Below, piece after piece: positions 15,300 through 29,489 of a stretch of 64,000 nucleotides of DNA. The stretch lies in NCBI GenBank assembly GCA_025786725.1, contig JAHLTZ010000016.1, positions 372,001-436,000 of the forward strand, in the 5' to 3' direction. Made by a program: the position numbers and the translations under genes. The notes beneath the pieces are model-generated. The model saw only the letters and a program-made list of their open reading frames with translations. It ran no database searches and was not told the origin of the DNA. How positions within the stretch are numbered: position 1 is the first letter of the stretch; every line of letters starts with the position of its first letter. This stretch comes from Syncephalis fuscata S228 (taxonomy: Eukaryota > Fungi > Zoopagomycota).

Positions 15300-15418
15300 A
15301 CGCGTGTATGTGTGTGTACACACAGCGTATTTGTTTCAAGCGGTGTCTCACAACAGCAACTTTACGCGTTACTTTCGCTTTTCATCTTTCTCGCGTTTGG
15401 CGTTTAAATACAACGCGT
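15300..15418. promoter_or_regulatory. Cluster of MCB-like elements (ACGCGT) upstream of the Mbp1/Res2-like gene
   Basis: ACGCGT at 15300, 15364 and 15413 plus TCGCGT at 15391, within 185 bp of ATG 15483. Confidence 0.6.
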
Positions 15419-15482
15419 TTTCCTAACTGTAGCCCGTCTAATTGCCTGATGATAGCGAGTTCTATCTATAGTTGAGATCAAC

Positions 15483-18422
15483 ATGTCTGAACAACTGCCG
15501 GCCCCGCCGCAGATATTCAAGGCAACCTACTCAGGAGTGCCGGTCTATGAGATGATGTGTAATGGCATTGCTGTGATGCGCCGCCGTACCGATGCCTTTA
15601 TGAATGCTACGCAAATTCTTAAAGTAGCGCGATTTGATAAGCCAAAACGTACCCGTATTCTGGAACGTGAAGTGCAGACTGGACCACACGAAAAAGTACA
15701 AGGAGGTTATGGTAAATACCAAGGTAAGTTAATGTAATACATTATATAGACACTGCATAGATGAATGGCATATAAACTTGGCAATATGCTGTATTGCAAC
15801 GATCTATATAATATTATGTACTTGTTATTTTATTGTTTAACTGTATTGTTATATTATAATGTTATTTAGGCACTTGGGTGAATTTAGAACGTAGTATCAA
15901 CCTTGCCATGCAATATGGCGCCTATGATGATATTCAACCGTTGGTAGAATATCAACCTGAACGACATGCAAGTCCACCACCAGCTCCCAAGCATGTTGCG
16001 GCTCCGCCTGGATCACGTGAGCCAAAGATTAAACGCCCACGCGGCCGACCGCGAAAGCTACGACCAGAAATGGATGGACACACAAGTGTACTAATTACCC
16101 ATCCGGCACCCATTCGTAGATTTGCGCAAGAAGATGAATTATTGACGGAAAATGGCGAATATTTACCAACAGAACAGAGGCTTTTATTCGGTCGTAAACG
16201 GCATATCAATTATAATGAAGACGATGAAGAGGAGGAAGACTACATGCTAGGAGAAGATATGGATAAACGAGAGGTAGAATATCATCTAGAAGGAAAGCTG
16301 GTGCAGTATCAAATGCACAAGCAATACGTACAAGTGGACATGCTTGGCAACAAAGGCAACAACAACAACAACAACAACAACAACAGCAACAACAGCAACA
16401 ACAGCAACAGCAACAACAAAATCATCAACAACAACATTACCAGACACAACAACACGATGAAAAGCCAGATATTGAACTAGGTAAGTATTATAATTATTAT
16501 TGTTATTACTATATTAAACAAACTATTAATATTAATAATAAAGGAGATGGCGAAATTAGCGATGATCGGGTACATTTTGACGATGAACATTTGGAAGAGT
16601 ACGAAGAAGAAGACGAGGTGGACGAGGATGAAGAGGACGATGACGATGACGATGACGAAGTAAATATGGTGGTTGATCCTCAGCAACAACGTATAGAAGC
16701 TGGTGACTATCAAGTATCGGCGGAGAGTAGTGAACCAGAGCTTGATGATATACGAATTCGGTCAGCAGAAGAACGTCGTTTAATATGTGCCACTCACTCG
16801 CCAAGTACTAAACGGGCACAGGAATATGCTCAAATGTTATTAGCGTATTTTGGCTCTGAATCACGACAAATACCATCCTTGTTTTTGGCACCACCTGAAG
16901 ATCTTGATCTTGATATGATTATTGATGATGAAAGCCATACTGCACTGCATTGGGCAGCTGCTACAGCACGTATAAAACTTGTTCGTTTACTACTGCAACG
17001 TGGTGCATCTATGAGCTGTCTAAATGACCATGGACAGACACCATTAACACGTAGTGTATTATTTAGCAATAATTTTGATTTAAAGACATTTCCAGACTTA
17101 TTAGATGCATTACAACGAACGGTGACGGTACGCGACGACCAGGGCCGAACTGTTATGCATCACGTAGCGTTGACAGCAGGAAGTAGAGGCAAGGTGCATG
17201 CAGCACGCTACTACATGGACTGTCTACTTGAAATGCTTACACGTACGCTAAAAACCCCCAGTGCCGTTATTGATTTACAAGACAGTGAAAATGGCGACAG
17301 TGCGCTGCATATTGCGGCTCGTATTGGTAATCGCATTATGGTACGGCGTTTATTGGATGCAGGGGCCAATGTTATGCTGTATAATCACGCCAATGAGCTG
17401 GCACGTACTCTTATTTTGGATCTTGAACGTCGGCTTGCTCGTCCAGTATTAGGCGGGCCTAGTGAAGGTGATACTACCGTTGGAACACCGACTAGCAGTG
17501 ACACACGACATGATTTATCGGTATATCAGCGGCGATTATTGGCAACACGCGGTGAAACACTGCCTGTAGCACCAATGGTTGTTAGATCGTTATATGCATC
17601 AGGTCGCAGTGTATTTGGCCCGTCATTTAATCTAGCATCGCCGACCGATCAAGAAGAGGCGAATCAAGGCCGTGTACGCAGCTTCTTAATGCCACGTGTA
17701 GCAGAGATGATGGATCAGATGCGAGAAGAATGCAAGGCCGATTTGCGTACGCATCATGACCAGCTTTGTGAAACGCTCAATCTATTAACTAATGTTACTG
17801 AAAAGATTGAAGAGACACAAAAGGCTGCTACAGATTTAGAATGGCAAGATGAGGCAGTTAAAGAAGCAGAAGAAAAGGTACAAGCGCTTGAAGCGCAGCT
17901 TTATCAACTATTTGAGCGCGAAGAGAAACGCCAGTGGCGCGATATGCTTGAAGAGAAAAAGAATGGCAATGAGGCTGATAACAGTACATTACAAGATAAA
18001 TCGAATCATTATATTGATAAATTACCAGGACTGTCGCTTGTTAATGATAACGATACGGATGTAGAAGAAGATAAGGAAAATCAAAATGGTCTTAGCCATT
18101 CTGACTCTGGTAGAGCCATGGAAGAAGAAGAAAGCAATGTCCATAGTATCAACGATGAAGATGAACAGACCAGATTATTGGCACGAATTAGTGAACTTCG
18201 TGAGGCACGCAAGGCTCATTTAACACGGCTTGTGCAGCTACAAGCGATAATAGTTCATCACATCGTATAGAAGACTACAAGCAATTGATTTCCCGATGCT
18301 GTGACGTATCAGTCGACGAAGTCGATGACATGCTGGACACACTATTGGAAAACATTGAAGCTGATGATGAGTATCTTGTACCTACTGACCATCTAACACC
18401 ACCACCCTCCTCTAATACATGA
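15483..18422 (+). CDS. MBF/SBF G1/S transcription factor (Mbp1/Swi4/Res1-Res2 family; APSES/KilA-N + ankyrin repeats + coiled coil); two apparent 1-nt frameshifts
   Basis: [41 protein letters not shown]|TWV; ankyrin [34 protein letters not shown]; family-type C-terminal [22 protein letters not shown] found in a shifted frame ending TGA 18420-18422. Confidence 0.92.
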
Positions 18423-18721
18423 ATAGCAACAACGATAATAGGATGGTGGGTCAGCAAGTATAATTTTTGTATTTTTGGTTTTATTAACCGTTATTATTAT
18501 TTACTATTATTAATTGTCTCAATGACCGTATTTTTATTTGTTATAAATAAATCAATTTTGTATAATTTAGTGTATTAATTAATTGGATCATAATAATAAT
18601 ATTATTATTTATAATTGATTGGGTAAAATGAAAAGTGTGCTGATCGACGTTGTCCCATAATCAGCCATTTACTTTTCGGTAGTCAGCGTGTTACGGTGTT
18701 GACGACTGACTTTTGCTCCCC

Positions 18722-18860
18722 ATCTTTATGCAGGGGTATACCTTTACCAGTGAAGTGACAACTGAGGTGAGGTTATTGCTGATTGAAAACTGCAACCAAT
18801 ACCCCGTCTTGACGACCTTCTGGGTCGGCAAGCAATTTTTGCCAGGTTCGTTTAGAACCT
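18722..18860 (+). ncRNA. U4: U4 spliceosomal snRNA
   Basis: 5' ATCTTTATGCAGGGG (U4/U6 stem II-like), TGAGG..TTATTGCTGATTGAAAACT..CCAATACCCCG core recalled from known U4 sequences, GAC..GTCGGC stem, Sm site AATTTTTG, terminal AGGTTC/GAACCT hairpin. Confidence 0.9.
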
Positions 18861-19892
18861 TATTATCAATAATAATAAACCAAACCAAACTAAATATCAT
18901 TAACAAATAATGGTTCTAATTTCTTTGTTTAAAAGTATTTATCCTGAAAGTAAAATAATATGGATACAAACAGCAATATTAGCTTTTTATTTTAATTTAT
19001 ACAGCAAGGCAGGTGTAGAAGCGGCAATTAAACAAAAAACAAATAGACTAAGACAAAAGAGTCAACGCCTATGATATGGCAGTTCTAGTCCTATAAAATA
19101 ATTATTTAGTGTTAGCTGTTTATGCCACTGCTAAACAATTGGTGATAACAAGATACACAGCTATTTGTATCATATAGTCATTGCTTACAAAATACATAAT
19201 TTAGTAAAACGTACTAGCACGTTGATTTTAGAAATAGCGTGCGTTTAAGATGTATATTGATAAAAGATATATAGCCATCACAGCTATTGCGCTGATAGTT
19301 GTACACATACGGCAGTATCGGCGTCGTATGAATTGCTTTACTACGCTGTGATTTTTTAGTGCTCATACTAGCGGTGTAACCTGCTATCAGCAATACAATA
19401 TAAACCAAACCATTTATTAGATTTCTGGACAACATATATAAGGTATATAAAGATAGTTGATGAATAAACATTTTATTTTAAAGGAAAGAGACATGTAGCG
19501 TAAATTATTAACTAGCAATTGACAAGCAGTGTTTATAACGATGTAATGTATAGCTATTATTATAGAAGAAATATTAAAAAAACAGCAAATAAAAGCAGTC
19601 TATACAAGTTCAGTGTGGCATAAATATATTATCACTATTCTGATATTATGTCTATATTGCTATAATAACATGATTAAGAAATACAAAATGTAGGTGGACA
19701 ATCTGTTAAGAGCACAACTAAACAGTATATTAAATTGAAATGTGTATACAAAACTCAAACTATTTTACAAGTAACTATGTTGAAATACTCGACTTTGATG
19801 TGCTCTATCTACAATTTAATGCGTCATCCTGTATAATTCAAAGGCCTCTTTTTTCACAATTAAATATTCTCCTTGTTTAGTTTATTTCTATC

Positions 19893-21483
19893 ATGTCCAC
19901 ACCGAATAACGACACACTGCCAAAAACATGGCTGGCTGTTGAGATTATTCATCATATATCGCAGTTTACTAAAATTTCTGCCACGCTAGCATTGGCACGC
20001 ACTTGCAAATTGTTATATAATTACATTATCAAATGCGATTGGTTTTGGCAGAAACTATATCGGCAACACTTCCCGCGTGATATTGATACCGGTACTGACT
20101 GGCTACAGTGGCAACTGGAACAAGAGCGGAGAGAAGCAAAGAAAGTAGTCGACACTGAAAACGAAATTGCATCAAGGTTGACCTGGTTCAAACGATATGG
20201 TCGACGCGTCGAAATGGGCTTGAATTGGCAGAAAAACAAGTCAACATCTGCAGTCTATCCAAATTCTTTTATGCTAGGTAGACCGGAAAGACGAGGTATT
20301 AATCATGGTGTTGTTACCGCAAGCTGTCCTGGCTGGATTGCAATAGCAGATTGTGATCATTCTTTTATTGATTTAATTAAACTTTCAACAAAAGATGAAA
20401 TGGAAGTGCAGTCACTAAATCTGGATAAAAATTGTTTTAACAGGATTAAAAAAATAGCATTTTGTCAATGTCAGCAAGTAGATGACACCGATGAATATAT
20501 GCGTGTAATTATACATCTAAAGTACTCTAAAAGACCCTTTGATGCACTTCAGATATGGAATGCAAATAGTTGCCAGCTGCTGTATTCTATCGATCTTAAC
20601 GGTTATTGGGATGGTAAGATCATAGCGGATCTTTGTTGTTTTCCAGCTCAATAAATATGGATTTATCCAACAACTCACAGCTAATTTGCCGTACTCAGCT
20701 AGCCTATAACATTGATTCAGCAGTGCAGCCGTATGAACCTCAGTTCATCACCCTTCCAAATGCCGATAGTTTCTATGCTAACAGAATACACACGACAGAT
20801 AATAACAGTACGGTTATTATGCGATGTCGCTATAGTGAATACAAACTTGACTACCAAATAATTCGCATGCTATTAAAGCCTGATACAGGTTTGACAATGA
20901 ATGGCGATGATACGGCGCGAGCAACTACAATTGTATCAGATTGTATAACGTTCTCCAATTTCACGGACCACTGGAGTTCAGTATTGTATTCAATTGATCG
21001 CGATCGCATATTAATTATTGCAATACTCAGCTAGTCGATGATGCTTCAAGTAGCAATACATATAGCCAGAAACGCTACATTAGAGTAATATCTTTAAGCA
21101 AAGGAATCGTCTTTGAATGTAACTATCCAATAGAACATTATGAAGAATTAATTTTAATTTCGGCATATAATTTGGCCGTGTTTCACTCAATCAAACAGCC
21201 ATCGTTGGTTTTTATTTCACTACTAAATGGAGAGATTCTGCATGAAGTTGATGTGAACTTGACCAAAAATTATTATAAATTTCAGCATATTATTGATACA
21301 AAAATATTTTGTTATGCTTATCCTATTAAACGTTATTGTGTTGTTGATGCTGTAACAGGCGATACAAACATGCATCAATTTCCAATATCAGAGATATACA
21401 GCTGTAAATCTGTATTTGGTCACTTGCTATCGAAGAATAATGGAAACTACCTCATTACAAGCTTTGTGCCTGAGTTGGTTTAA
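19893..21483 (+). CDS. F-box-like protein with divergent beta-rich C-terminus; broken by two apparent frameshifts (~20640, ~21020)
   Basis: F-box-like LAVEIIHHISQF..LALARTCKLLY..DWFWQKLYRQHF; three consecutive ORFs join by single-base shifts with no obvious introns. Confidence 0.65.
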
Positions 21484-24266
21484 ATTTATTGAACAATTAT
21501 GGTTAAATTGCTTTTACAACAACAATAAATTCAACAATGATTGTTGAATTGTGTAATTATTTATAAAAGATTTATTGTAGTTAGAATTAAAATATTTAAG
21601 TTTGTTCTATCTAGTTCAAAGGCTTTTTTTACTACAAATAGCTACTCTTTTTATTTAGTTTTTTTTGTATAGTGTTATACAAAATTATTTCATTTATTAT
21701 GATAGAGCTGTGGTCATTAACGATAACTAAGAAAAAATCCATTAACTAGCACACCGTATTCTGAGTACTAAGGAAAGTATTAGCAAACACTAAAGGCTAG
21801 TGTTATAAAATGCCACCTGGTCATTTAATTACAACTTTTAAAACTAAAAGTATAGAAATATCATTATTTTACTAATGATTGTCATAAAGAATTGGTAGAA
21901 ACAAATGGTCAATCCATTTAAAAACAAGTGCAATCATAAAACTTGTATCTGTGAAATAGTAGCTGCATATCAACATACTTTGTAATATGAGTTGCTAGTA
22001 CATTAACTTGATAAATAAAACTACATCAAGAAAATAAAAGAGCATAGCCACGCATGTTTTTATTGTGCCTACACTGCGACTTAGCAAGCCTCATCATGCA
22101 CTTATACTTGTGCTGATTATTACGCACGGCTTGGCATGCTATATCCGCACTGACTGTATGGCACAATAGTATTGATTTGTCATCGAGGTCAACACCAACA
22201 GACTTTGTCGACAAACAATATCTATGATGAAAATGTGAGTGACGTCTTTATTTGCACAGTATGCCACTAAGCATGCGGTGTTTGCACTCCAGTTTGCGAA
22301 CACTTAATCATGCCGTCGGCACTTTGTCGCCTGGTAAGGTTGTGCTTTACCGCGTGCAATGACATGTAAGCCTTTACTAGTTGTGTATCTCAGCACTTGA
22401 CGCTCTAATGATTTATAGCTAAATGATTAGCTGATACTATCTACTTTATAGTAGGTACATATCTATTATGGATAACACAACAATTATCATACTACATTAT
22501 AATTCATTTCTACACATATCCCCCTGTTGATAGTATATTTACAATATAATAATGTCATTGGCAATGTTTCACAAAGAATGGCTTTCTTTATTGACTCACT
22601 GTACGATCGCCATGTGATTTACCATAGATGTCTATTAAACCGCGTGGGGAAGGTCTGAAAGAGCACGCGGTCCAACATGAAATTCTGCCTTGATCTTGCC
22701 TAGGCATTGCACCTTTTCATGTGACCTGCCTGATATACAACCAAATTTGTTAAAAAAGAAATTAAGCATGCATTGGCAGAGGCTAGCAAACTTGTCGCTG
22801 CCTGTTCATCAGCCAGACCAACAAAGCTTCCTTCAAGCTTGTCTTACTGCTTATCGGCCTATTCGTCTATCCGTCTATCTGCTTAAACAGCAATCACCAT
22901 GTGTACGGTCATATGAATAAATAAAGAAACTGTGTGCTCACTAAGGAATAAGCGATAGCCGGCAGACTGACTGCCAATTAACCAATTAACTGACTAATTG
23001 GCTGTTTGGTCAGCTGGCTGGCCATTGCCTGCCTACTACTTTGTTGAGACATTTTTGCTAATGCCTAATAGAAGACAAAGGAGTGTCAAACGATTATCAG
23101 CGCATGGTCGATACTTATGACTATTGTTTCATTGCCGCAATGCAGGATTGTCGGATAACAACGATCCTTTCAGACGCGTTTACTTTTTGTTTAAGTAAAT
23201 ATTCATTTGTTTTGAAATAACAAATTCCTGGATCGTCATTTATTCCCAACTACTGCGATAGTCTGTAGTTCCGGCAAATGAAGGCCAGGAAATGCATGTG
23301 TGCTGTTGGCAAGTTAGTTTATCACGCGGTAAAGCGTCCTATAAACCGGTACTTGTACCGCATGTGTTTCTCGCCATTTAGATAGAACAGCACACAGACA
23401 GATGAACATACCGATAGACACGCGGATGGACGAGTAAGCGCGTGCGGCCGAGTCGCCCCTGCAGCGTGCCTGCCATCATAGTCAATATGTGTATGTGTGT
23501 GTCGCCACCAAGCGGTTGTCTGGCATCATGCACGTGTATCAATATACTTTTTTTCATGCTGCGAACAAGTTGTTACTGGTCAACATATATAATGAGGCCA
23601 TTTACCTAGCCGCTCCTCTTATTCGACATATTGTTACTTTTTGATTATTTGCGACACTGACTCCGTGAGTCTTGCGTTTTTTAGTAAGCACTACTACTAC
23701 CACTACCACCACCAAGTTTTGGCGATCATTTTGCCTTTAAATTTTCAAGCAGCCATTTTTTGAACACAGAAAGATATCTGTGCCATTCTATTCATTCTAC
23801 AATTAGTTATTGAGAACACCTTGTGACCGGTACTATTGTAGACAATTTAGCCGAGCAAGTACGCATAGGACGTTACTACGCTTTACAACACATATTTTTG
23901 CCGTCGTTATTAATTATTTGTCGGTGTTTAAAATACGATCTTGATTTAAAACTCCGATTATTTACTCTCTAAATTATATCAAAGAAAGTAGCTTTAACGG
24001 CCGCCTTTTAGTTTATCTACGAACGAACCTTTGGAGCAATACCCTTCTGTGTGCACCAACGCGTTCTTCCATCTGCCTATTCATCACACTCTTTCTGCTT
24101 TTTGATTATAACGCACTTGTCACGTGTAGCGACTGCATAAAACTACAGGTAAGCGCGTGGTTCACAATTAATAGAAATACCCAGCCACCACCGTGCACGT
24201 TTGCTAACCAACATCTTTGGTTTCTTTCTCTTATCCTCTATATTTATTTGTATAGAACTATCAACT

Positions 24267-25109
24267 ATGGCTCGTAGAAATAATAGCGTTAGCAACAAAG
24301 CAGCACGGCTTTTCCGCCGTATAATGTCTTGCCGTCGCAGCTTCCGCCCTATTCCACGCAAGATTGTTCTTGTTGGTGACGCAGCTGTTGGCAAAACTGC
24401 TCTTCTTAGCATCCACACCGCAGGCACATTCCCCGACGTAAGTAGCGCAATATGGCTTATATCTCACTTGATTGGCTATGCTAACTTACAGATCTTTGTT
24501 GTTACTCATTTATAGGAGCATGAGCCAACCATTTTCGATAACTATCTTCAGGAAACATGGGTTGACGGCGATGCCTTTCGACTATCATTGGTAGACACTG
24601 CCGGACAAGAAGCATTGGGCGCTGTGCGCTCGCTTTCCTATGCCGAAACTCACGTCGTCATTCTTTGTTTCTCTGTGGATCGTCCCGAAACTCTGGCCAA
24701 TGCCATGACCGGTTGGTCATCTGAAATCGCCGAGCTGTGCCCTGGTGTTGCCATTCTCCTACTGGCCACCAAGTGTGACTTGCGTGAAGATCCAACTGTC
24801 GAGCGCCGTCTCGCTGCTAAGGGTCAACACCCGGTCACGTACGAAGAGGGTCTGCGTGCCGCACACCTCATGGGCGCTCAGCGCTATCTTGAGTGTTCGG
24901 CAATGCATGATATCGGCGTCAACGAAGTATTTGAGCAATCTGCTCGGGCCGCACTCGATTCGGAGCCACGCGGCGTCAATGTTATGCGCGAACAAAAGCT
25001 CCAACAACGCCGATCCCGCGGTGTCTCCCGCCGTCTTACACAGCGTCTATCGACTCGTGTATCATGGTTTGCACCACAAGGTGAAATGGATATGCGTCGT
25101 CATAGCTAA
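24267..25109 (+). CDS. Atypical Rho-family GTPase (Rho3-like), one intron
   Basis: RKIVLVGDAAVGKT, FPD|EHEPTIFDNY, LVDTAGQE, RSLSYAETHVVILCFSVD, TKCDLRED, YLECSA; intron ~24438-24515. Confidence 0.88.
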
Positions 25110-25643
25110 ATGGTGGCTCTTAATGAGCAGAAGCTAGGCTGTACGTGTATTATAAAGTATATCTTGTAATTTCATACCTTGTGGGTGCTTGTATGCCTTT
25201 CGTCGTGCATTCGCTCTCTCTCTTGTACTCTCATTTTCCTATTTCCATGTCCTGATTTTCGTTTTGTGTTGCGATTCTTCTATTCAATATTATTATATCA
25301 ACATCACCACCATCATGTCCCTTCACCTTCATCTTCGCTAAGAATCATGTGCAATTTGCCTTGCTTCTATACCTTACGTTATCTTTTGTTTAATAAAAAC
25401 TAAATGATAACAGCTCTACAATTAAATCTGTATATCTATTGCTGACTAAGAATTATTTTATAATGTGCAGCGCATGCACGAATAGCTCCGAAATATTCCG
25501 ACTTGCATATGCAGTGTTTTTCAAAACAATTAATTCGATTCAACAATACATGCGGTTTAATCCGATAGTTGTAATGTTACTTTATTTTTGTTTGCATATA
25601 AATTTTATCTAGCTATTTAATTTGTAGTACAATATCATCATGC

Positions 25644-26199
25644 TATTTCTTTTATTATTCAAACAAATACAAAACATTTTTTGCAAACATGTTGCAATTT
25701 GTTACATTCAATATACTTACATCTATACTATTTTTTTCACCAATAACATTAATAGCTTAGCCGATTATTCCATTTATTCCTGTTAATTTATTACACTAAT
25801 AAATGTTTATCGTGTGTCATTTCATTTCTAACATTTAATTTTAAAGTACTTGGATTTGGGTTTATTAAATACATTAATCGCACATCATATTGTGCGTCAT
25901 TTAACATTTACAATGATTTAATATGATTTGGGCCAAATGACTACATTTAATAACATTCTATGACATATTGAATACATTCTATTGTTTATATGTTCCAATA
26001 TACTTCACTCAGTCTACTCATTGCATTATACACGCTATAACTTTAACATCGTTTTATATGCTTTCTTATCGTACATTTATTATTTCATACATCATTATAT
26101 ACTTGCATAGTCTTCCTCTATCCAAAGCTATTATTATTTTTGTTCCAACTTTATTATTAATAAATGTTGGCTAATGTCAGTCATTTGATCACGCATATA
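25644..26199 (+). repeat. Dispersed ~555-bp repeat family A, copy 1
   Basis: Nearly identical direct copy at 38295-38850 (same 68-aa spurious ORF appears twice in the track). Confidence 0.95.
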
Positions 26200-27152
26200 T
26201 GCTCAATCAACTTTGACATAGCTAATCGCCATTATATACTGCATATTCATTATATTGTATATCATTTTATTATCTAGTAAATATGTGCTAGTTATTGAAA
26301 ATGGTTTTTTGTTCTAGCTTTATTATTAATAGATCTCAACTCATTCATTTCATTCATTCAATAAGCTATATGTAATTGAAACTTATAACAATATAATGTA
26401 TTCAATATAGCATAAAATGATATATGATAGTATAGACATACATTGTTAATGATATACGTGAATAGAGGATATATGCATGCTAGATAATGAATCTACGATG
26501 ATGAATATTTTAAGCTTTAATGCCACTCAACACCCATCAGCATCATGCTCAATAGATTGAATGTCCAGTTCAATTGCGCAAATGTTCTTAAATATAGTCA
26601 TTTGACCACCAAATCACAGTATAATTAAATAAGCAAGATAATTATTATCCTAGATTTATTATCCTGCACGCATGCATCTTCTATCCATCCAATCGTTCCT
26701 ATTTTATATCCATATTATTCTTTTATCACATAAACATTGTATAAAAACAAACAACATCCAAGTACAGCAGCTTCTAATACGTAACATAATTGCTACGCGA
26801 CACTCTAATTATCAAATACTGCATTGTCGCTAGACGGACTTTCGTAGAAACTTTTACACGAGGTCGGTTGAGTCAACACAATATATTATATTCATATACA
26901 GATGATTATAAATGTTGCTATTTAATTAAATAAATATATTTCTCTCCTTGTATCTCATCCTGACTCATATATATCTTTCACTCACGCGTACACACTTCAT
27001 TTACTCGTCACCGCACTCTTGGTACTACAGTCGCTAGTGCTGAACCACGTCTTTTATTGCATTATTCACGTCTACGCTCTTGGTTGTGTTTGTTATTGTG
27101 TAGTTTTGTTTGGATTTCATTCATAAGACTGCATAGATCGATTGTAGACAAT

Positions 27153-29489
27153 ATGCTGCGCTCTAGCCTAGTTGAGGCGTGTAAAGCGCATCACTTGCGC
27201 CGCACTGTTATGCGTGGCTGGGTAGCTGGCAATGTGACACGATCTACACTACAATTCCAGTCGAAATCGATACGTTCGTTTGCTTCGATCAAGGATGATT
27301 CGTCGCCGAAAAATACACCAGAAGACAAGCCGTCGGACGACGCGACCAAGGAGAAAAGTGACGCGAATGGTGCGCAGCAACCACCCAAAGAGCCGACGCC
27401 AAAGTATATACCTAAAGGCTTTGAGGGATTCTTTGGACAAGGTGAACGTACTGGCTCTAGCCAACGAGCTGGCCAGGATAAACAAGCCGAGGACCGAGCA
27501 CGACAATCGACGGGCGGTATGCCTCGTCCGCCTAATCTTACACCACCTGATCCATTTAAGATTAACGTAGGCACTATATTACCAATTCTACTTGCCGGCT
27601 ACATCTTTTATCGTTTGCAAATCGACAACGATAATGCCAAGGACATTACATGGCAAGAGTTCCGAGCTTCATTGCTTGACAAGGGACTTGTCTCGCGACT
27701 TGAGATCATTAATCGGAGCCGTGTTCGTGTTCGACTGCATTCAGATGCATTGAATACAGTTGGTCCGCATCCAGCCACCTATTACTTTAATATTGGCTCA
27801 GTAGATGCGTTTGAGCGACAAATGGAAGAAGCGCAACGTGAGCTGCAAATACCGACTAATGAGCGTATTCCTGTCTCTTATATCGATGAAATGAGCATTG
27901 CTGGTACACTACTTCACTTTGCACCAACACTGCTATTGGCAGGCGCGCTAATCTATTTAACACGGCGTGCTGGCGCTGGTGGCGGTAAACAGGGCATTTT
28001 CGGAATTGGCAAGTCGCGTGCAAAGCTGTTTAATCAAGAAACGGATATTAAGGTGAAGTTCAAGGATGTAGCTGGTATGGACGAAGCAAAAGAAGAAATT
28101 ATGGAGTTTGTAAAGTTTCTTAAAGATCCAGGAGCCTATGAACGTTTAGGCGCCAAGATTCCAAAAGGCGCCATTCTAAGTGGACCACCTGGCACTGGTA
28201 AAACACTACTAGCCAAAGCAACGGCTGGTGAGGCTGGCGTACCTTTCCTAAGCGTAAGCGGATCCGAGTTTGTTGAAATGTTTGTTGGCGTGGGTGCATC
28301 GCGTGTACGTGATCTGTTTTCTAATGCAAAAAAACATGCACCTTGCATTATTTTTGTTGATGAAATTGATGCTATTGGTAAATCGCGTGGTAATACTGGC
28401 CAGTATGGCGGCGGTAATGATGAGCGTGAAAGTACGCTTAATCAGCTGCTTGTTGAGATGGATGGCTTCAATTCAGATGACCATGTTGTTGTGCTAGCTG
28501 GTACGAATCGACCTGATGTACTTGATTCGGCGCTGATGCGACCAGGTCGATTTGATCGACATATTGCCATCGATCGACCAGATATTGGTGGACGTAGTGC
28601 AATCTTCCTTGTCCATTTGAAGCCAATTAAGACTTCAGTGGATCGTGTACGCTTGGCCAATCGACTCTCCGCCATGACACCTGGCTTTAGTGGAGCCGAC
28701 ATTCATAATGTATGCAACGAAGCTGCACTTATTGCAGCACGTCAACTAGCAAACGAGGTCGAAGAAAAGCACTTTGAGCAAGCAATCGAGCGTGTTATTG
28801 CTGGACTGGAGAAGAAGTCGCGTGTTCTATCACCAGAAGAAAAGAAAACAGTTGCATATCATGAAGCAGGCCATGCCGTGGCTGGCTGGTTCCTACGCCA
28901 CGCCGACCCACTGCTTAAAGTTTCAATTATTCCACGCGGTATTGGTGCACTTGGTTATGCACAGTATTTGCCTAAAGACCAATATCTTTATTCGACACAC
29001 CAGCTGCTCGATAGAATGTGCATGACATTAGGCGGCCGTGTATCAGAGGAGATCTTTTTTGAAACAATTACTACAGGTGCACACGATGATCTACAAAAGG
29101 TTACGAAGATGGCCTATGCCCAAGTAGTAGCCTATGGTATGAACGAACGTATTGGTAACATCAGCTACCAAGGACCAAACGATGGTCGAGAGCCACAATT
29201 CCAGAAGCCTTACTCTGAGGAAACGGGTCGTATAATTGACGAAGAAGTACGAAAAATGGTATTGAATGCGCATAAACGTACTAAGGACTTGTTGACGGAA
29301 AAGCGAGCTGAAGTTGAATCAGTTGCACAACGTCTACTTACGAAAGAGGTACTAAGTCGCGAGGATATGATCGAGCTACTTGGTAAACGACCATTCCCCG
29401 AGAAGGCCCAATACGAAGAATACTTTGATGGCATGTCACAAAAGAATGGTAACAATGCTGCAGAAGAAAAAGATACCAAGTCTACATAA
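27153..29489 (+). CDS. Mitochondrial m-AAA metalloprotease subunit (Afg3/Yta12 family; FtsH-type M41), intronless
   Basis: First ATG 27153 with presequence-like N-terminus; two TM segments; Walker A GPPGTGKT, Walker [29 protein letters not shown] zinc motif. Confidence 0.96.
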   Translation: MLRSSLVEACKAHHLRRTVMRGWVAGNVTRSTLQFQSKSIRSFASIKDDSSPKNTPEDKPSDDATKEKSDANGAQQPPKEPTPKYIPKGFEGFFGQGERTGSSQRAGQDKQAEDRARQSTGGMPRPPNLTPPDPFKINVGTILPILLAGYIFYRLQIDNDNAKDITWQEFRASLLDKGLVSRLEIINRSRVRVRLHSDALNTVGPHPATYYFNIGSVDAFERQMEEAQRELQIPTNERIPVSYIDEMSIAGTLLHFAPTLLLAGALIYLTRRAGAGGGKQGIFGIGKSRAKLFNQETDIKVKFKDVAGMDEAKEEIMEFVKFLKDPGAYERLGAKIPKGAILSGPPGTGKTLLAKATAGEAGVPFLSVSGSEFVEMFVGVGASRVRDLFSNAKKHAPCIIFVDEIDAIGKSRGNTGQYGGGNDERESTLNQLLVEMDGFNSDDHVVVLAGTNRPDVLDSALMRPGRFDRHIAIDRPDIGGRSAIFLVHLKPIKTSVDRVRLANRLSAMTPGFSGADIHNVCNEAALIAARQLANEVEEKHFEQAIERVIAGLEKKSRVLSPEEKKTVAYHEAGHAVAGWFLRHADPLLKVSIIPRGIGALGYAQYLPKDQYLYSTHQLLDRMCMTLGGRVSEEIFFETITTGAHDDLQKVTKMAYAQVVAYGMNERIGNISYQGPNDGREPQFQKPYSEETGRIIDEEVRKMVLNAHKRTKDLLTEKRAEVESVAQRLLTKEVLSREDMIELLGKRPFPEKAQYEEYFDGMSQKNGNNAAEEKDTKST

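Noticed and set aside
16340-16480. Poly-Asn tract in ORF 15878-16480
   Set aside because: Probably the wrong frame after a 1-nt deletion; the CAA/CAG frame (poly-Q) fits the downstream splice site.
18691-18910. Two short overlapping ORFs
   Set aside because: They overlap the U4 snRNA gene and have no protein features.
21500-24200. Long intergenic region with short ORFs upstream of the Rho gene
   Set aside because: No recognisable motifs, splice-consistent frames or repeats; likely regulatory or UTR sequence.
25968-26174. 68-aa ORF duplicated at 38619-38825
   Set aside because: TTG start, AT-rich and non-coding-like composition, lies inside a dispersed repeat.
27057-27152. N-terminal extension of the m-AAA ORF
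   Set aside because: Begins at TTG; the first ATG at 27153 gives a plausible mitochondrial presequence.
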